64,000 nucleotides of DNA. It comes from an uncultured Gemmatimonadales bacterium. Its GTDB lineage: Bacteria; Gemmatimonadota; Gemmatimonadetes; Gemmatimonadales; GWC2-71-9. How positions within the stretch are numbered: the stretch's first letter is position 1; each line of letters opens with the position of its first letter. A program made the translations under genes and the position numbers. The stretch is from positions 257,037 to 321,036 of the forward strand of contig CAVYSW010000003.1 of NCBI GenBank assembly GCA_963771275.1, read 5' to 3'. The notes under the pieces were generated by a model. That model was given only the letters and a program-made list of their open reading frames with translations, ran no database searches and was not told where the DNA came from. Positions 54,364-64,000 of the stretch are shown here, one piece after another.

Positions 54364-57300
54364 AAACCGGGCCGTCGGGCGCCATCGCCCAGCGCTTCCT
54401 CAACTCGAAGCTCACGCCGCTCTTGATCGGCGCGTCGCTCGTGGCGGGGGTGGGCGGGCTGCTCACGACCCCGCGCGAGGAGGAGCCGCAGATTCGGGTG
54501 CCGATGATCGACGTCGCGGTCGGTCTGCCCGGGGCGAGCCCGCACGAGGTCGAGCGGCGGGTGGTCGAGCCGCTGGAGCGCGCGATCTGGGAGATCCCCG
54601 GCGTCGAGTACGTCTACAGCGTGGCGCAGAACGACGGTGCCCTGATCACGGCGCGGTACAAGGTCGGCACCGAGCCGGAGCTGGCGCTGACCCGGCTGTA
54701 CGGCAAGCTGCTGGCCAACGCGGACAAGGCGCCGCCCGGCGCCACGCCGCCGCTGGTGGCGCTGCACGGCATCAACGAGGTGCCGATCCTCACGCTCACG
54801 CTGTCGGGCGGCGGGGACGTGGGCGACGGCTTTCTGCTGCACCAGCAGGCCGCCGAGTTGGCGGCGCAGCTCAAGCGGATCCCCGACGTCGCGGAAACGT
54901 GGGTCGTGGGCGGCGCCCCCCGCGAGGTCCGCGCGACGCTGGACCCGCAGGCGCTGGCGTCCCGCGGCCTCTCGGCGGCGGCCGTGCTGCACGCGGTCGG
55001 CATCGCCAATGCGGAGCTGCCGGCCGGTGACCTGCTGAGCGGCAACCGGGCCGTGCCGGTCCGGGTTGGCGCGCTGTTGCGCGACGTCGACCAGGTGCGG
55101 GACGTCGTGATCGCCGTACAGGGCGACCGGGCGATCCGCCTGCGCGACGTGGCGCAAGTCACCGACGGGCCGGCCGAGCCCGATCAGTACGTCGCCTTCC
55201 TGCCCGCGGGGAGCGCCACGTTCGAGCCCGCGGTGACGATCGCGATCGCCAAGCGGGAGGGGACCAACGCCGCGACGATCGCCGAGCACGTGATGCAGCG
55301 GGTGGACGCGCTGACCGGCTCGGTGCTGAGCAGCGACGTGCGCGTCACGATCACCCGGAACTACGGCGAGACCGCCACCGAGAAGTCGCGCGAGCTGCTG
55401 CTCCACATCCTGATCGCGACGCTCGGCGTCGCGGTGCTGGTGTGGTTGACGCTGGGCTGGCGGGAGGCCGTCGTCGTGCTAGTGGCCGTGCCGGTGACCC
55501 TCGCCCTCACCCTGCTGGTCTACCGGCTGTACGGCTACACGCTGAACCGGATCACGCTGTTCGCGCTGGTCTTCGCCATCGGTATCCTGGTGGACGACGC
55601 CATCGTCGTGGTCGAGAACATCGCGCGGCACCTCCGGTTGGGGCTGCGCCACGCCGACGAGGCCGCGGTCATGGCCGTGGACGAGGTGGGGAACCCGACG
55701 ATCCTCGCCACGCTCACGGTGATCGCGGCGATTCTGCCGATGGCGTTCGTCTCCGGCCTGATGGGGCCGTACATGCGGCCGATCCCGGTAGGCGCGTCGG
55801 TGGCGATGCTGTTTTCGCTCGGCGTGGCGTTCATCGTGACGCCGTACCTCTCGCTCCGGCTGCTCAAGGGGCACTCGGTACCGCCGGCCGGCGGCGAGGT
55901 CCAGGAGCCGCTGCCCGACGGCCGGCTGGCGCGCTGGTACCGCGGCCTGCTGGAGGGACTGATCGGGAACCCGACGCGGCGCGCGCTGGCGTACGGCGCG
56001 ATGGTGGCGCTGCTGGGGCTGTCCGCGCTGCTGGTGCCGCTCAAGCTCGTGACCGTGAAGATGCTGCCGTTCGACAACAAGAGCGAATTCCAGCTGATCG
56101 TGGACATGCCGGAGGGCACCGCGCTCGAGCGCACGGCCGAGGTAGCGCAGGCGCTGGCGCTCGCCGTCGGCCGCGATCCGGCGGTCCACGACATCGAAAC
56201 CTACGCCGGGGTGGGCGCGCCGTTCAACTTCAACGGCCTGGTGCGCCACTACTTCCTGCGCCGCGGCCCGACGGTGGCCGACGTGCAGGTCAATCTCCTG
56301 CCGAAGCACGAGCGCTCCGATCAGAGCCACGCGATCGCGCTGCGGGTCCGGCCGGTGGTGGACTCGATCGCCCGCGCGTACGGCGCCTCCGTGAAGGTGG
56401 CGGAGATTCCGCCCGGCCCCCCCGTGCTCGCGACGCTCACCGCGGAGGTCTACGGGCCGAGCTACGCGGCGCAGATCGCCACGGCCGAGCAGGTCAAGGC
56501 CACATTCGAGCGCACCGACGGCGTGGTGGACGTGGACTGGTCGGTGACGGCACCGCACGCGGAGGTGCGCGCGGCCGTGAGTCAGGCGGAGGCGCTGCGC
56601 GCCGGGACCAATACCCGGGACGTGGCGCAGACGGTGGCGGCGGCGATGGGCGGCGCGGGCGCCGGACTGTTGCACGACGACCGGGCGGCCGAGCCGGTGC
56701 CGATCCGGGTCGCCCTGCCCGACTCCGCCGCCTCCACGATCGGCGACCTGGCCGCTTTGCCGATCGCGACGCCGCACGGCGCCCGGCGACTCGGCACGCT
56801 CGCCGCGCTCGACAGCGCGCCCGCGGCGACCCCGATCTTCCGCAAGAACCTCCGCCCCGTGGTGTACGTCACCGGCGACGTGGCGGGCCGGCTCGAGAGC
56901 CCGGCGTACGCCATGCTCGCGATGCGGCAGGACCTCGCGCGGATCGGCGACGGCCTCGAGATCCACTACGCCGGCTCGCCGACGCTCACCGAGAAGCCGT
57001 TTCTCGTGTGGGACGGCGAGTGGCAGATCACCGTCGACGTGTTCCGCGATCTCGGCATCGCCTTCGCCGCCGTGCTCGTGCTGATCTACGTGCTGGTCGT
57101 GGCGTGGTTCCAGTCGTTCCTGGTGCCGCTGGTGATCATGGCGCCGATTCCGCTCACGCTGATCGGGATCCTGCCGGCCCACGCGGCGAGCGGCGCGTTC
57201 TTCACGGCGACCTCGATGATCGGCATGATCGCGCTGGCCGGCATCATCGTGCGGAACTCGATCCTGCTGGTCGATTTCATCGAGCTGGGCCGCGAGCGCG

Positions 57301-57512
57301 GGCGGAGCGTGCCGGAGGCGGTGATCGCCTCGGGGCTGATTCGCGCCCGGCCCATCATCCTCACGGCCGCCGCGGTCGTGATCGGCGGCGCGGTGATGGT
57401 GAGCGACCCGATCTTCCAGGGCCTCGGCATCGCGCTGATCAGCGGCGCCGTCGTGTCGACCGCTCTCACGCTCGTCGCCATTCCTCTGCTCTACTACGAG
57501 ATGCGCAAATGA
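54360..57512 (+). CDS. RND efflux transporter permease (AcrB/HAE-like)
   Basis: 1050 aa with a 12-TM two-lobe architecture: ..ALVFAIGILVDDAIVVVENI.. and ..GMIALAGIIVRNSILLVDF.. Confidence 0.9.
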   Translation: MKTGPSGAIAQRFLNSKLTPLLIGASLVAGVGGLLTTPREEEPQIRVPMIDVAVGLPGASPHEVERRVVEPLERAIWEIPGVEYVYSVAQNDGALITARYKVGTEPELALTRLYGKLLANADKAPPGATPPLVALHGINEVPILTLTLSGGGDVGDGFLLHQQAAELAAQLKRIPDVAETWVVGGAPREVRATLDPQALASRGLSAAAVLHAVGIANAELPAGDLLSGNRAVPVRVGALLRDVDQVRDVVIAVQGDRAIRLRDVAQVTDGPAEPDQYVAFLPAGSATFEPAVTIAIAKREGTNAATIAEHVMQRVDALTGSVLSSDVRVTITRNYGETATEKSRELLLHILIATLGVAVLVWLTLGWREAVVVLVAVPVTLALTLLVYRLYGYTLNRITLFALVFAIGILVDDAIVVVENIARHLRLGLRHADEAAVMAVDEVGNPTILATLTVIAAILPMAFVSGLMGPYMRPIPVGASVAMLFSLGVAFIVTPYLSLRLLKGHSVPPAGGEVQEPLPDGRLARWYRGLLEGLIGNPTRRALAYGAMVALLGLSALLVPLKLVTVKMLPFDNKSEFQLIVDMPEGTALERTAEVAQALALAVGRDPAVHDIETYAGVGAPFNFNGLVRHYFLRRGPTVADVQVNLLPKHERSDQSHAIALRVRPVVDSIARAYGASVKVAEIPPGPPVLATLTAEVYGPSYAAQIATAEQVKATFERTDGVVDVDWSVTAPHAEVRAAVSQAEALRAGTNTRDVAQTVAAAMGGAGAGLLHDDRAAEPVPIRVALPDSAASTIGDLAALPIATPHGARRLGTLAALDSAPAATPIFRKNLRPVVYVTGDVAGRLESPAYAMLAMRQDLARIGDGLEIHYAGSPTLTEKPFLVWDGEWQITVDVFRDLGIAFAAVLVLIYVLVVAWFQSFLVPLVIMAPIPLTLIGILPAHAASGAFFTATSMIGMIALAGIIVRNSILLVDFIELGRERGRSVPEAVIASGLIRARPIILTAAAVVIGGAVMVSDPIFQGLGIALISGAVVSTALTLVAIPLLYYEMRK

Positions 57513-57799
57513 AACTCCTGCTGATCTTCGTGGACACCGACCACGCCAGGGACGTCGAGCGGATTCTCGACGAGTCCGACGTCCCGGGCTACAGCGAGTT
57601 CCCCACCGTGCTCGGCAAGGGGGCCACGGGCCGCAAGCTCGGCAGCCGCGCCTTTCCCGGCTCGAGCAGCCTCTATTTCGTCGTGCTGCCGGAGGGCGAC
57701 TGCGGGGGCCTGTGCGACCGACTCAAGGAGCTACAACACGCCCGGGGCCCGGAAGAGGGGCTCAAGGCCTACGTCATGGACACCATGGAGGTGCTGTGA
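57509..57799 (+). CDS. small P-II-like/DUF3240-like protein coupled to the RND gene
   Basis: ATG 57509 (ATGA overlap), 96 aa: MKLLLIFVDTDHARDVERILDESDVPGYSEF.. The family assignment is tentative. Confidence 0.5.
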   Translation: MKLLLIFVDTDHARDVERILDESDVPGYSEFPTVLGKGATGRKLGSRAFPGSSSLYFVVLPEGDCGGLCDRLKELQHARGPEEGLKAYVMDTMEVL

Positions 57800-57801
57800 G
57801 A

Positions 57802-57987
57802 ATGCACTATCTGATCCGGCGGATCGCCGGCGTCTTCGTGCTCGGTTCGCTCGCGCTGGGCTACTGGGTGAGCCCGTGGTGGTACCTGTTCACCGCCTTC
57901 GTGGGGCTCAATTTGCTCCAGTCGAGCTTCACGAAGTGGTGCCTGATGGAGGATATCCTGAGGAAGGTCGGGATCGGGACGGAGTGA
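57802..57987 (+). CDS. DUF2892 (YgaP-like) small membrane protein
   Basis: 61 aa: RIAGVFVLGSLALGYWVSPWWYLFTAFVGLNLLQSSFTKWCLMEDIL. Confidence 0.65.
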   Translation: MHYLIRRIAGVFVLGSLALGYWVSPWWYLFTAFVGLNLLQSSFTKWCLMEDILRKVGIGTE

Positions 57988-58075
57988 AAGAAGTGAAAAG
58001 TGAGAAGTGAAGAGTGAAAAGGGGGCCCGTCTGACGTTGGAGCCCCTTTTCACTTTTCACTTCTCACTTTTCACT
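57983..58075. terminator. about 33-bp-stem hairpin built from GTGARAA heptamers, probable bidirectional terminator
   Basis: Left arm agtgaaaagtgagaagtgaagagtgaaaaggggg. Right arm ccccttttcacttttcacttctcacttttcact. The arms are near-perfect complements and lie between convergent stops at 57987 (+) and 58079 (-). Confidence 0.7.
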
Positions 58076-58078
58076 GCC

Positions 58079-59422
58079 TTATGGGGCCGGACTCTCCCTG
58101 GTGAGCCGGTAGATCAACACCGCCGCCCGCTTGGCCATGAACGGGATGGTCTGGAGATCGACCTTCTCGTTCACGGTGTGGCCGCCGTCGCCGACCACGC
58201 CCAGCCCGTCGAGCGCCGCCCCCACCTCGGCGGACACGAAGGAGATGTCGGCCGCGCCGCGGGCCGCCGGATCGACCGCCTCCACGGGGCCGAAGCCCAG
58301 ATCCCGGCTCACCGCCTTGAGGCGGTCCAGCAGGGCGTAGTTGGCCGGCGTGGGAGAAAACGGCTCGGACGAATCCTCGAAGGTGATGTCGGCCGTGGTG
58401 CCCGGCAGGTTGCGCGCCACGATCGCCCGCATGCGCCGCTTGGCCCGCTCCCGCTGCTCGAGCGAAATCGTGCGCAGGTCGCCGGCGGCGAGCGCCGTCT
58501 CGGCGATCACGTTCGACTTGCCGAACGCGCTGCCGCGGCTCTGCCGGGGGTCGAAATCCATCGTGGTGCCGCCGAGCACGACGCCGGGATTGAACGTGAG
58601 GTACCGCTCCCCCACGAGCGAATCGCGGAACGTGTCGAGTATCCGGGCCAGCTCGAAGACGGCGCCGTAGCCGTACTCCCGCCCGAACACGAGCGAGGAG
58701 TGGCCGGGCGTGCCGTGTACCCGGAGCGTCCAGCCGGTGAACCCCCGACGCGCGACGGTGGCCGATCCCGTGCCCCCAACCCCGCCCTCGAACCCCAGGG
58801 CGTAGGCGCTGCGCTGCCCCGCCTCGACGAGGTCGCGGCGGCTGATGGCGAGCGGGTCGCCGGTGTCTTCCTCGTCGCCGGTGAACGCCACGATCAGATT
58901 CATCCCGTCCAGTACGCCGGCGTCGCGGAGCGCCTGGAGCGCCAGCACCACGACGACGTCGCCCCCTTTCATGTCTTCCGTGCCCGGCCCCTTGGCCCAC
59001 TGGTCGTCCGCCCGCTCGTAGCGCTGGAACGGGCTGTCCTGCTCGAAGACGGTGTCCAGATGCCCGATCAGCAGGACGCGCGGGCCTCGGCCCTGCCGCT
59101 CGGCAAACAGGTGGCCCGCGCGCTCCGCGGAGTCCATCGGGATCCAGCGCGTGGCGAAGCCAAGCGCGTCGAGCTCGGTCCCGAAGATCCGCCCGACCTC
59201 CCGCACTCCCGCGACGTTCATCGTGCCGCTGTTGACGTTCACCGTGCGCTCGAGCAGCGCGACCGCGCCGGCCGTGTGGGCGTCCACCGCGCGGACGATC
59301 CGTTGCTCGACGGCGGACAGGCCCTGGGCGCGCGCCGAGGCGGGAACACCCAGGAGGAGGAGGGGCAGCAGTCGCAGTCGTGAGGACACGCGATACCTCG
59401 GACGGGCGGAAGACAGCCGCAT
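58079..59422 (-). CDS. M20/M28-type metallopeptidase (carboxypeptidase G2-like), secreted
   Basis: From ATG 59422 there is a signal peptide, then GHLDTVF, GPGTEDMKGG and FTGDEE motifs. Confidence 0.8.
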   Translation of the reverse strand: MRLSSARPRYRVSSRLRLLPLLLLGVPASARAQGLSAVEQRIVRAVDAHTAGAVALLERTVNVNSGTMNVAGVREVGRIFGTELDALGFATRWIPMDSAERAGHLFAERQGRGPRVLLIGHLDTVFEQDSPFQRYERADDQWAKGPGTEDMKGGDVVVVLALQALRDAGVLDGMNLIVAFTGDEEDTGDPLAISRRDLVEAGQRSAYALGFEGGVGGTGSATVARRGFTGWTLRVHGTPGHSSLVFGREYGYGAVFELARILDTFRDSLVGERYLTFNPGVVLGGTTMDFDPRQSRGSAFGKSNVIAETALAAGDLRTISLEQRERAKRRMRAIVARNLPGTTADITFEDSSEPFSPTPANYALLDRLKAVSRDLGFGPVEAVDPAARGAADISFVSAEVGAALDGLGVVGDGGHTVNEKVDLQTIPFMAKRAAVLIYRLTRESPAP

Positions 59423-59550
59423 CTTCACTCCGGGACCCGGGCGAGGCAAGGGCGCGCCGTGCCGTGCGCCGGCGCCATCTTGCGCCAACCCGTTACCGGT
59501 CACTACTTTATGGCACAAAGCACTTTCATCCACTTGACCGCGGGGGGCGC

Positions 59551-60132
59551 TTGAGCATCCCGACCCACGAGGAACACGAGGAAGCCAAGGCGGCGCTGGC
59601 GTTCATTCGCCAGACGATGGAGTCCGCCTCCAGCTTCACCGCCATCTCCGGCTGGGGGCTCGTGGGCGTGGGGCTGGTGGGGCTCGCCGCCTCGGCCGCC
59701 GCCGCCCAGCTCGGCGACCCGACCACGCTCACGGTGTGGATCCCGGCGGCCACGCTGGCGGTGGCGATCGCCGCCATCAGCAACGCCGGCAAGGCCAAGC
59801 GGACCGGCGTACCGCTGTGGTCCGGCTCGTTCCGCAAGGTGGCGTGGGTGATGGCCCCCGTGCTGGCGGCGGGCGCAGTGCTGACCTACGCGCTGGCGCA
59901 GGCGGACGACCCGACGCTGCTCCCTGGCATGTGGCTCGCGCTCTATGGGGCGGGTGTCACGGCGGGCGGCACGCTGTCGATTCGGGCGATCCGCGGCATG
60001 GGTCTGGCAATGCTGGCACTCGGCGTCGCGGCCTTGCTCCACCCCCCATGGGGTCCCGTCCTGCTGGCCACCGGGTTTGGCGTGCTGCATCTCCTCGTCG
60101 GCCTGCGTCTGGTCACACGACATGGCGGGTAG
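59551..60132 (+). CDS. hypothetical polytopic membrane protein
   Basis: Several hydrophobic helices are present. The TTG 59551 start is a guess, and an internal ATG is also possible. Confidence 0.4.
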   Translation: MSIPTHEEHEEAKAALAFIRQTMESASSFTAISGWGLVGVGLVGLAASAAAAQLGDPTTLTVWIPAATLAVAIAAISNAGKAKRTGVPLWSGSFRKVAWVMAPVLAAGAVLTYALAQADDPTLLPGMWLALYGAGVTAGGTLSIRAIRGMGLAMLALGVAALLHPPWGPVLLATGFGVLHLLVGLRLVTRHGG

Positions 60133-60445
60133 CGTCACGGCGGAAGACCTCGATCGCCTGATCCACGAGCGCATCAGGCTCGGCATCGTCTCCGCGCTGG
60201 CGGCGAACGACAGCCTGTCGTTTGCGGACCTCAAGGAGGTCCTGCAGACCACGGACGGGAACTTGAGCGTGCACGCGCGGAAACTCGAGGAGGCCGGGTA
60301 CGTGCGCGTCACCAAGGGGTTCGAGGATCGCAAGCCCAAGACCGAATACCGCCTGACGGCCAAGGGCCGACGGGCGCTGGAGGGCTATCTCGCCCATATG
60401 GAGCAGATCCTGAGCGCGGCACGGGAGGCGCTGGAGCGATCATGA
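60122..60445 (+). CDS. winged-helix transcriptional regulator (HTH_34/MarR-like)
   Basis: 107 aa: IHERIRLGIVSALAANDSLSFADLKEVLQTTDGNLSVHARKLEEAGYVRV..YRLTAKGRRAL. Confidence 0.75.
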   Translation: MAGSVTAEDLDRLIHERIRLGIVSALAANDSLSFADLKEVLQTTDGNLSVHARKLEEAGYVRVTKGFEDRKPKTEYRLTAKGRRALEGYLAHMEQILSAAREALERS

Positions 60446-61164
60446 GCGGGTTGCACGTCGCGGTCATCATGGACGGAAACGGGCGGTGGGCCCGGATGCG
60501 CGGGAAGCCGCGGTGGCGGGGTCACGTCGCGGGGGTCGAGAGCGTGCGCGACACGGTGCGCGGGAGCCCCGATCTCGGCATCACGACGCTCACGCTCTAC
60601 GCCTTCTCCTCGGACAACTGGAAGCGCCCGGCGGCGGAAGTCGGGCGGCTGTTCTGGCTGCTGCGGGACTACTGCGGCCGGGAGCGGGACGAGCTGCTGG
60701 CGAACGGCGTGCGGGTCACGGCCATCGGCCGGCGGGACCGGCTTCCCCGGTCGGCGCGGGCGGCCCTCGAGCAGCTGGAGCGTGCCAGCGCCGACCGCGG
60801 GCGGCTGCACCTCCGCCTCGCGATCGACTACAGCTCGCAGTGGGTGATCGCGGAGGCGGCGCGTCGGCTGGCGCAGGACGGCGGCAGCATCACGCCGGAG
60901 GCGCTGGAGCGGACGCTCACCCGGGACGTGCCGCCGGTGGATCTCCTGGTGCGAACGGCCGGCGAGCAGCGGCTCTCGGATTTCCTGCTGTGGGAAGTGG
61001 CCTACGCGGAGCTGTACTTCACCAAGGTGTTGTGGCCCGATTTCCGGCGCGACCACCTGGCGGCGGCGCTGGCGGAATTCCGGCGCCGCGAGCGCCGGTT
61101 CGGCGGCCTGGTGCCGGTCGTGACGGAGGAGCCGCTCGAGGCGCTCCGGGTGGCCGCCGGCTAG
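60442..61164 (+). CDS. uppS: undecaprenyl diphosphate synthase
   Basis: [48 protein letters not shown]. Confidence 0.93.
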   Translation: MSGLHVAVIMDGNGRWARMRGKPRWRGHVAGVESVRDTVRGSPDLGITTLTLYAFSSDNWKRPAAEVGRLFWLLRDYCGRERDELLANGVRVTAIGRRDRLPRSARAALEQLERASADRGRLHLRLAIDYSSQWVIAEAARRLAQDGGSITPEALERTLTRDVPPVDLLVRTAGEQRLSDFLLWEVAYAELYFTKVLWPDFRRDHLAAALAEFRRRERRFGGLVPVVTEEPLEALRVAAG

Positions 61165-61940
61165 CCGGCGCCGCCCGCTCCCACCGCGGCCTCCGCGCCC
61201 TTGCCGAGCCCGGCGCGGATCAGGTCCCGGTTCAGCTGCGCGATGTGGTCGATGCTGATGCCTTTGGGGCAGGCGGCCTCGCACGAGCCGTGGTTCGTGC
61301 AGCTGCCAAAGGCCTCCGCATCGTGCTGGGTGATCATCGCCCGCACCCGCCGGAAGCGCTCCGGCTGGCCCTGGGGCAGGTTGGCGAGGTGCGAGATCTT
61401 CGCCGCGGTGAACAGCATGGCGCTGCCATTGGGACACGCGGCGACGCAGGCGCCGCAGCCGATGCAGGCCGCGGCATCCATCGCGCGGTCGGCATTGCGC
61501 TTCGGGATCGGGACGGCGTTGGCGTCCGGCGCGGACCCGGTGCGGGCGGAAATGAACCCGCCGGCCTGGACGACGCGATCGAGTGCGCTCCGGTCCACGA
61601 CCAGGTCCTTGAGCACCGGGAACGCCTTGGCGCGCCACGGCTCGAGCCAGATCTCGTCGCCGTCCCGGAAGCTCCGCATGTGCAGCTGGCAGGCCGTCAC
61701 GCGCTGCACGGGCCCGTGCGGCCGCCCGTTGATCACCATCCCGCACGAGCCGCAGATGCCCTCGCGGCAATCGTGCTCGAAGGCGATCGGCTCCTTGCCC
61801 TCCTCGATCAGCCGGCCGTTCAGGACGTCGAGCATCTCGAGGAACGACATGTGCTCGTTGGCATCCCCGACCTCGTATCGCTCGAACCGGCCGGGCGCGG
61901 CGGCGTTGGCCTGCCGCCAGGCGTGCAGGGTCAGGCGCAT
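61161..61940 (-). CDS. sdhB: succinate dehydrogenase/fumarate reductase iron-sulfur subunit
   Basis: [35 protein letters not shown]. Confidence 0.93.
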   Translation of the reverse strand: MRLTLHAWRQANAAAPGRFERYEVGDANEHMSFLEMLDVLNGRLIEEGKEPIAFEHDCREGICGSCGMVINGRPHGPVQRVTACQLHMRSFRDGDEIWLEPWRAKAFPVLKDLVVDRSALDRVVQAGGFISARTGSAPDANAVPIPKRNADRAMDAAACIGCGACVAACPNGSAMLFTAAKISHLANLPQGQPERFRRVRAMITQHDAEAFGSCTNHGSCEAACPKGISIDHIAQLNRDLIRAGLGKGAEAAVGAGGAG

Positions 61941-63865
61941 TACTTGTAGCTCCGCTGAGCGAGGTGCACGTACTCGAACGTGAGCGGCTCCTGGTGGAGC
62001 CTGGGGGCGCTGCGCTCTCCGGTGTACTCCCAGGCAGCGACGTACGCGAAGTGCTCGTCGTCGCGCTTGGCTTCACCGTCCGGCGTCTGGTGCTCCTCGC
62101 GGAAGTGGCCGCCGCACGACTCGTTGCGCTCGAGCGCGTCGAGGCACAGCAGCTCGGCGAACTCCAGGAAGTCGGCCACGCGACCGGCCTTCTCGAGCTC
62201 CTGGTTGAAATCGGCCCCAGAGCCGGGGACCCGGACGTCGCGCCAGAATGCCTCGCGCAGCGGGCCGATCTGGTCGATCGCCTGCTGGAGACCGGCGGCG
62301 GTCCGGCCCATCCCGCACCCGTTCCATACGATGCGGCCCAGCTCCTTGTGGAACGAGTCCACCGTCCGCTTGCCGCCGACGTCGAGCAGCCGCCTGGTCT
62401 TCGCCTCGACCTCGGCCTCGGCGGCCTTGAAGGCCGGGTGGTCGTCCTTGACCGGCGGGAACTTGGTCGCCGCGAGGTAGTCGCCGATCGTGTAGGGAAT
62501 GACGAAGTAGCCGTCGGCGAGACCCTGCATCAGCGCGCTGGCGCCCAGGCGGTTCGCCCCGTGGTCGGAGAAGTTGGCCTCCCCGAGCACGTGCAGGCCG
62601 GGGATCGTGCTCATCAGGTTGTAGTCGACCCAGAGGCCGCCCATGGTGTAGTGCGGCGCCGGGTAGATCCGCATCGGGACCTCGTACGGATTCTCGCCGG
62701 TGATCTGCTTGTACATGTCGAACAGATTGCCGTAGCGGTCCGCGATGACGTTCTTGCCGAGGCGCTGGATCGGGTCGCGGAAGTCGAGGTACACGCCGTT
62801 CCGCTCCGGGCCGACGCCGTGGCCGGTGTCGACCATCTCCTTGGCGCGGCGCGAGGACACGTCGCGCGGCGAGAGGTTGCCGTAGCTCGGGTAGATGCGC
62901 TCGAGGTAGTAGTCGCGCTCGGCTTCGGGGATCTCATTGGCGCCGCGCGTGTCCCCCGCCTGCTTGGGCACCCAGATGCGCCCGTCGTTGCGCAGCGACT
63001 CGCTCATCAGGGTGAGCTTGGACTGGTAGTCGCCGGACTGCGGGATGCAGGTCGGGTGGATCTGGGTGAAGCACGGGTTGGCGAACGCCGCCCCGCGCTT
63101 GTAGGCGCGCCAAATGGCGGTCGTGTTGCAGGCCTTGGCGTTGGTGGAGAGGAAGAACACGTTGGCGTAGCCGCCGGTGGCCAGCACCACCGCATGGGCG
63201 GCGTGCGAGGTCACCTTCCCGGTCACGAGGTCCCGCACCACGATGCCGCGCGCCACGCCGTCCACCACGACGACGTCGAGCATCTCGGTCCGGGGGTACA
63301 TCCGCACCGTCCCGTCGGCGATCTGGCACTCGAGGGCGTGGTACGCGCCGATCAGCAGCTGCTGCCCGGTCTGCCCGCGCGCGTAGAACGTGCGGGAGAC
63401 CTGGGCGCCGCCGAACGAGCGATTGGCGAGCAGCCCGCTGTACTCGCGCGCGAACGGCACGCCCTGCGCCACGCACTGGTCGATGATGTTGAGGCTGATC
63501 TGGGCCAGCCGGTAGACGTTGGCCTCGCGCGCCCGGAAGTCGCCGCCCTTCACCGTGTCGTAGAACAGCCGGAAGATGCTGTCGCCGTCGTTCTGGTAGT
63601 TCTTGGCGGCGTTGATGCCACCCTGCGCGGCGATGCTGTGGGCGCGGCGCGGGCTGTCGTGGTACGTGAAGCACTTCACGCCATAGCCCAGCTCGCCCAG
63701 CGTCGCCGCCGCCGAGGCGCCGGCCAGCCCCGAGCCCACGACGATGATCTCGTACTTCCGCTTGTTGGACGGATTGACCAGCTTCATCTCGAACCGGTGC
63801 CGATCCCACTTCTCTTGGATCGGGCCCGAGGGAATCTTCGAGCGGAGTTCCATATTCCCCATCAC
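61940..63865 (-). CDS. sdhA: succinate dehydrogenase/fumarate reductase flavoprotein subunit
   Basis: [13 protein letters not shown] and [14 protein letters not shown] (FAD-linking His context). The start is ambiguous among GTG 63865, ATG 63862 and ATG 63853. Confidence 0.93.
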   Translation of the reverse strand: MMGNMELRSKIPSGPIQEKWDRHRFEMKLVNPSNKRKYEIIVVGSGLAGASAAATLGELGYGVKCFTYHDSPRRAHSIAAQGGINAAKNYQNDGDSIFRLFYDTVKGGDFRAREANVYRLAQISLNIIDQCVAQGVPFAREYSGLLANRSFGGAQVSRTFYARGQTGQQLLIGAYHALECQIADGTVRMYPRTEMLDVVVVDGVARGIVVRDLVTGKVTSHAAHAVVLATGGYANVFFLSTNAKACNTTAIWRAYKRGAAFANPCFTQIHPTCIPQSGDYQSKLTLMSESLRNDGRIWVPKQAGDTRGANEIPEAERDYYLERIYPSYGNLSPRDVSSRRAKEMVDTGHGVGPERNGVYLDFRDPIQRLGKNVIADRYGNLFDMYKQITGENPYEVPMRIYPAPHYTMGGLWVDYNLMSTIPGLHVLGEANFSDHGANRLGASALMQGLADGYFVIPYTIGDYLAATKFPPVKDDHPAFKAAEAEVEAKTRRLLDVGGKRTVDSFHKELGRIVWNGCGMGRTAAGLQQAIDQIGPLREAFWRDVRVPGSGADFNQELEKAGRVADFLEFAELLCLDALERNESCGGHFREEHQTPDGEAKRDDEHFAYVAAWEYTGERSAPRLHQEPLTFEYVHLAQRSYK

Positions 63866-63875
63866 TCCCGCGCGC

Positions 63876-64000
63876 TCACTTGAGGATGCCGGCGAGCACG
63901 CTCACCGGCACCACCGCGAACCCCACGAACAGGAGCACGGCCACGACGGCCGCCGCGCCGTGCAGCAGCCGGTCGTACTGCGGATGGCTGACGCCGACCG
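63876..64000 (-). CDS. sdhC: probable succinate dehydrogenase cytochrome b subunit, C-terminal part (runs off the right edge)
   Basis: The open frame ends ..AGILK-TGA at 63876-78. It has hydrophobic helix content (..[22 protein letters not shown]) and sits immediately upstream of sdhA. Confidence 0.5.
   Translation of the reverse strand, partial: VGVSHPQYDRLLHGAAAVVAVLLFVGFAVVPVSVLAGILK

Noticed and set aside
57983-58075. The heptamer repeat arrays (also at 11634-11661 and 49590-49612) as possible CRISPR or minisatellite loci.
   Set aside because: The units are 7 nt with no spacers, and the arrays are under 50 nt and form inverted-repeat arms. This is incompatible with CRISPR architecture. 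They are reported instead as hairpin or repeat elements.

Overview
The window is very GC-rich bacterial chromosome with about 60 densely packed genes, many joined by ATGA or GTGA start/stop overlaps. I found no rRNA, tRNA, CRISPR array, transposase or integrase by eye. The protein style suggests a Gram-negative lineage such as Gemmatimonadota, but that is only a guess. Housekeeping genes are cysS (partial), uvrA, glpK, rho, recF, a DUF721 gene, gyrB, uppS and sdhCAB (sdhC partial). The dominant feature is respiratory. Ten genes carry 96 CxxCH and 2 CxxxxCH heme-c motifs, next to a System I maturation cluster (ccmE, ccmF, ccmH, ccmI-like) whose CcmE is the Cys-type CxxxY variant. One operon (16975-21039) encodes a canonical-looking Rieske/cytochrome b complex with a membrane-anchored nonaheme and a four-domain cytochrome c. 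An island of about 18 kb (25537-43372) holds several further modules:
- A candidate porin-cytochrome conduit: a 19-heme/cytochrome b fusion, a beta-barrel, a 9-heme protein and a 4-heme protein.
- An orphan HybA/NrfC-NrfD-diheme module.
- A translationally coupled mega-operon in which a second Rieske/cytochrome b pair has lost the 2Fe-2S ligands and the PEWY Qo motif but keeps its b-heme histidines. It is joined to a nonaheme, a 22-heme NapC-like protein and an 11-heme/cytochrome b fusion.
Other notable items:
- Five tandem PspB-like single-pass paralogs lie upstream of pspA.
- A DUF411/CopG gene has an in-frame TGA exactly at the first Cys of its CxCC motif, making it a selenocysteine candidate.
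- A leaderless arsR with a consensus promoter has a duplicated ATAATAGCTAT site flanking it, ahead of an RND efflux operon.
- Several heptamer-built palindromic intergenic elements and a G-quadruplex-prone C-tract are present.
All functional calls come from reading the translations. No database search was run.
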